Made by a program: the position numbers and the translations under genes
NCBI GenBank assembly: GCA_010909165.1
Contig: MU008182.1
Span: forward strand, 124,001-188,000
DNA from: Anthoceros angustus
Taxonomy: Eukaryota; Plantae; Anthocerotophyta
DNA length: 64,000 nucleotides
Direction of reading: 5' to 3'
Notes under the pieces: model-generated
The model's input: the letters and a program-made list of their open reading frames with translations, nothing else
The model's database searches: none
Told to the model about the DNA's origin: nothing
Shown here: positions 62,891-64,000 of the stretch, in pieces
How the letters are laid out: each line of letters begins with the position of its first letter
How positions within the stretch are numbered: the first letter of the stretch is position 1

Positions 62891-64000
62891 GCTTCCACTT
62901 ACCTGCCTGCTGGGGCCCTCTGTTGAGCCTGCCGCCTCTCTCGTTCCCGAGCTCTGAGCGCTGTGGACGACGGACTCTCCTTGGGGTTAGGAAATAAGCG
63001 GGGTTTGTTTTTTTTCGTAGGTATGGAGTGTAAAATAAGGCGGAAAGGGAGGAATAAGCACGGACGGTACTCCACAGACTCGTGACGCACTCAGGTAACG
63101 GACCGAGCCCACTCGAGGACCTCCATGACCCGAGTATCAGGATAAGTCCGGACCCCACTCCGGATCAAAACGGGATAAGTACGCCAAGTAAAGTAACTTA
63201 GAAGTTGGAGCGTGAGTTAGACAGGCGGCGCCACGTGGATGGTACTGAGTGGTAGACAAAGGCAGCACTGTGACCGTAGTACTGATGCTGGTCATAGTCA
63301 CGCCCGGCACCAAGGCTTGCAGTGCCAGAGGCGGCGTTAAGCGAAGAGAGTAAGCCATGCCCTCGACATTGATGATGAAATAGACCCGCCCCATGGCTAC
63401 ATCTACCGAGAGAAGCGAGGCGAGGTCATTCTTCCAAACAACTTCTGATTGATTCTCTCGCCGACACCCGCCCGCATTGTCTTTTGATCGCTGTGCACCT
63501 TCCGCGCACTTGGCGAGGAAGCAATCGACGCCGCCGAGGAGCGAGAGATTGTGGAGCCTGCCTCAACAACAATGAAGGAGTGTGAAGATGGGACCCAAGA
63601 AAAGCGGAGGCGGAGCCATGGCGCCTGGTGGAGCGCAACATCGCTACCAAGCGCTACCCGACTTCGGGCCGGAGGAGGAGGCGGAGGAGCCGTGGAGGAG
63701 TGGCACCTTGACATTTTCTGTGCCGTCTCGACCTCGGCTGCCACCCTAGTCCGAGTACGCCAAGATGTTGGCGCGCCAACAACAAGGAGGTCCGATCCAA
63801 GAACTCATGGAGGACTAGGAGGTGGACTGTGAGGTCCCGAGGGCGACAACCGCAAATGGAGGAAGTAGGAGGAGAAAGTACGTAACCCCGAAGGTGAAGG
63901 GAAGGTGGAAGCGGCCAAGGCGGCCCTTTGCGACTGTGAACGCAGCCGTCCTCCAACGATGGTCGGCGTCCGGACCTCAGAGGCACGCTCAGGGGCGAAG

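Overview
Land-plant nuclear DNA, most likely from a fern, lycophyte or hornwort; this is inferred from a PPR gene with DYW:KP-like signatures. The window is mostly nested, decayed LTR retrotransposons: three Ty1/copia families (one with a half-tRNA-type PBS) and several Ty3/gypsy fragments. Host genes: an intact 3-exon SMAX1-like (SMXL) gene (19815-23953, +); a multi-exon DCD-domain gene (~40110-43455, -); a frameshifted PLS-class PPR-E-DYW gene (~43710-46330, +) carrying an N-terminal OSB-type PDF motif; and a POLTERGEIST/PLL PP2C gene (52709-61312, -) split and scrambled into six pieces. Almost every duplicated block differs from its twin by homopolymer indels and is joined through ~4-15 bp microhomology. 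This is either serial template switching in vivo or a noisy/chimeric consensus, so all rearrangement claims need read-level confirmation. The best candidates for novelty are the PDF-PPR-DYW:KP fusion, a membrane-helix ORF upstream of copia gag, covarying hairpins in one LTR family, and the PLL scramble. No rRNA, tRNA or CRISPR array is supported.
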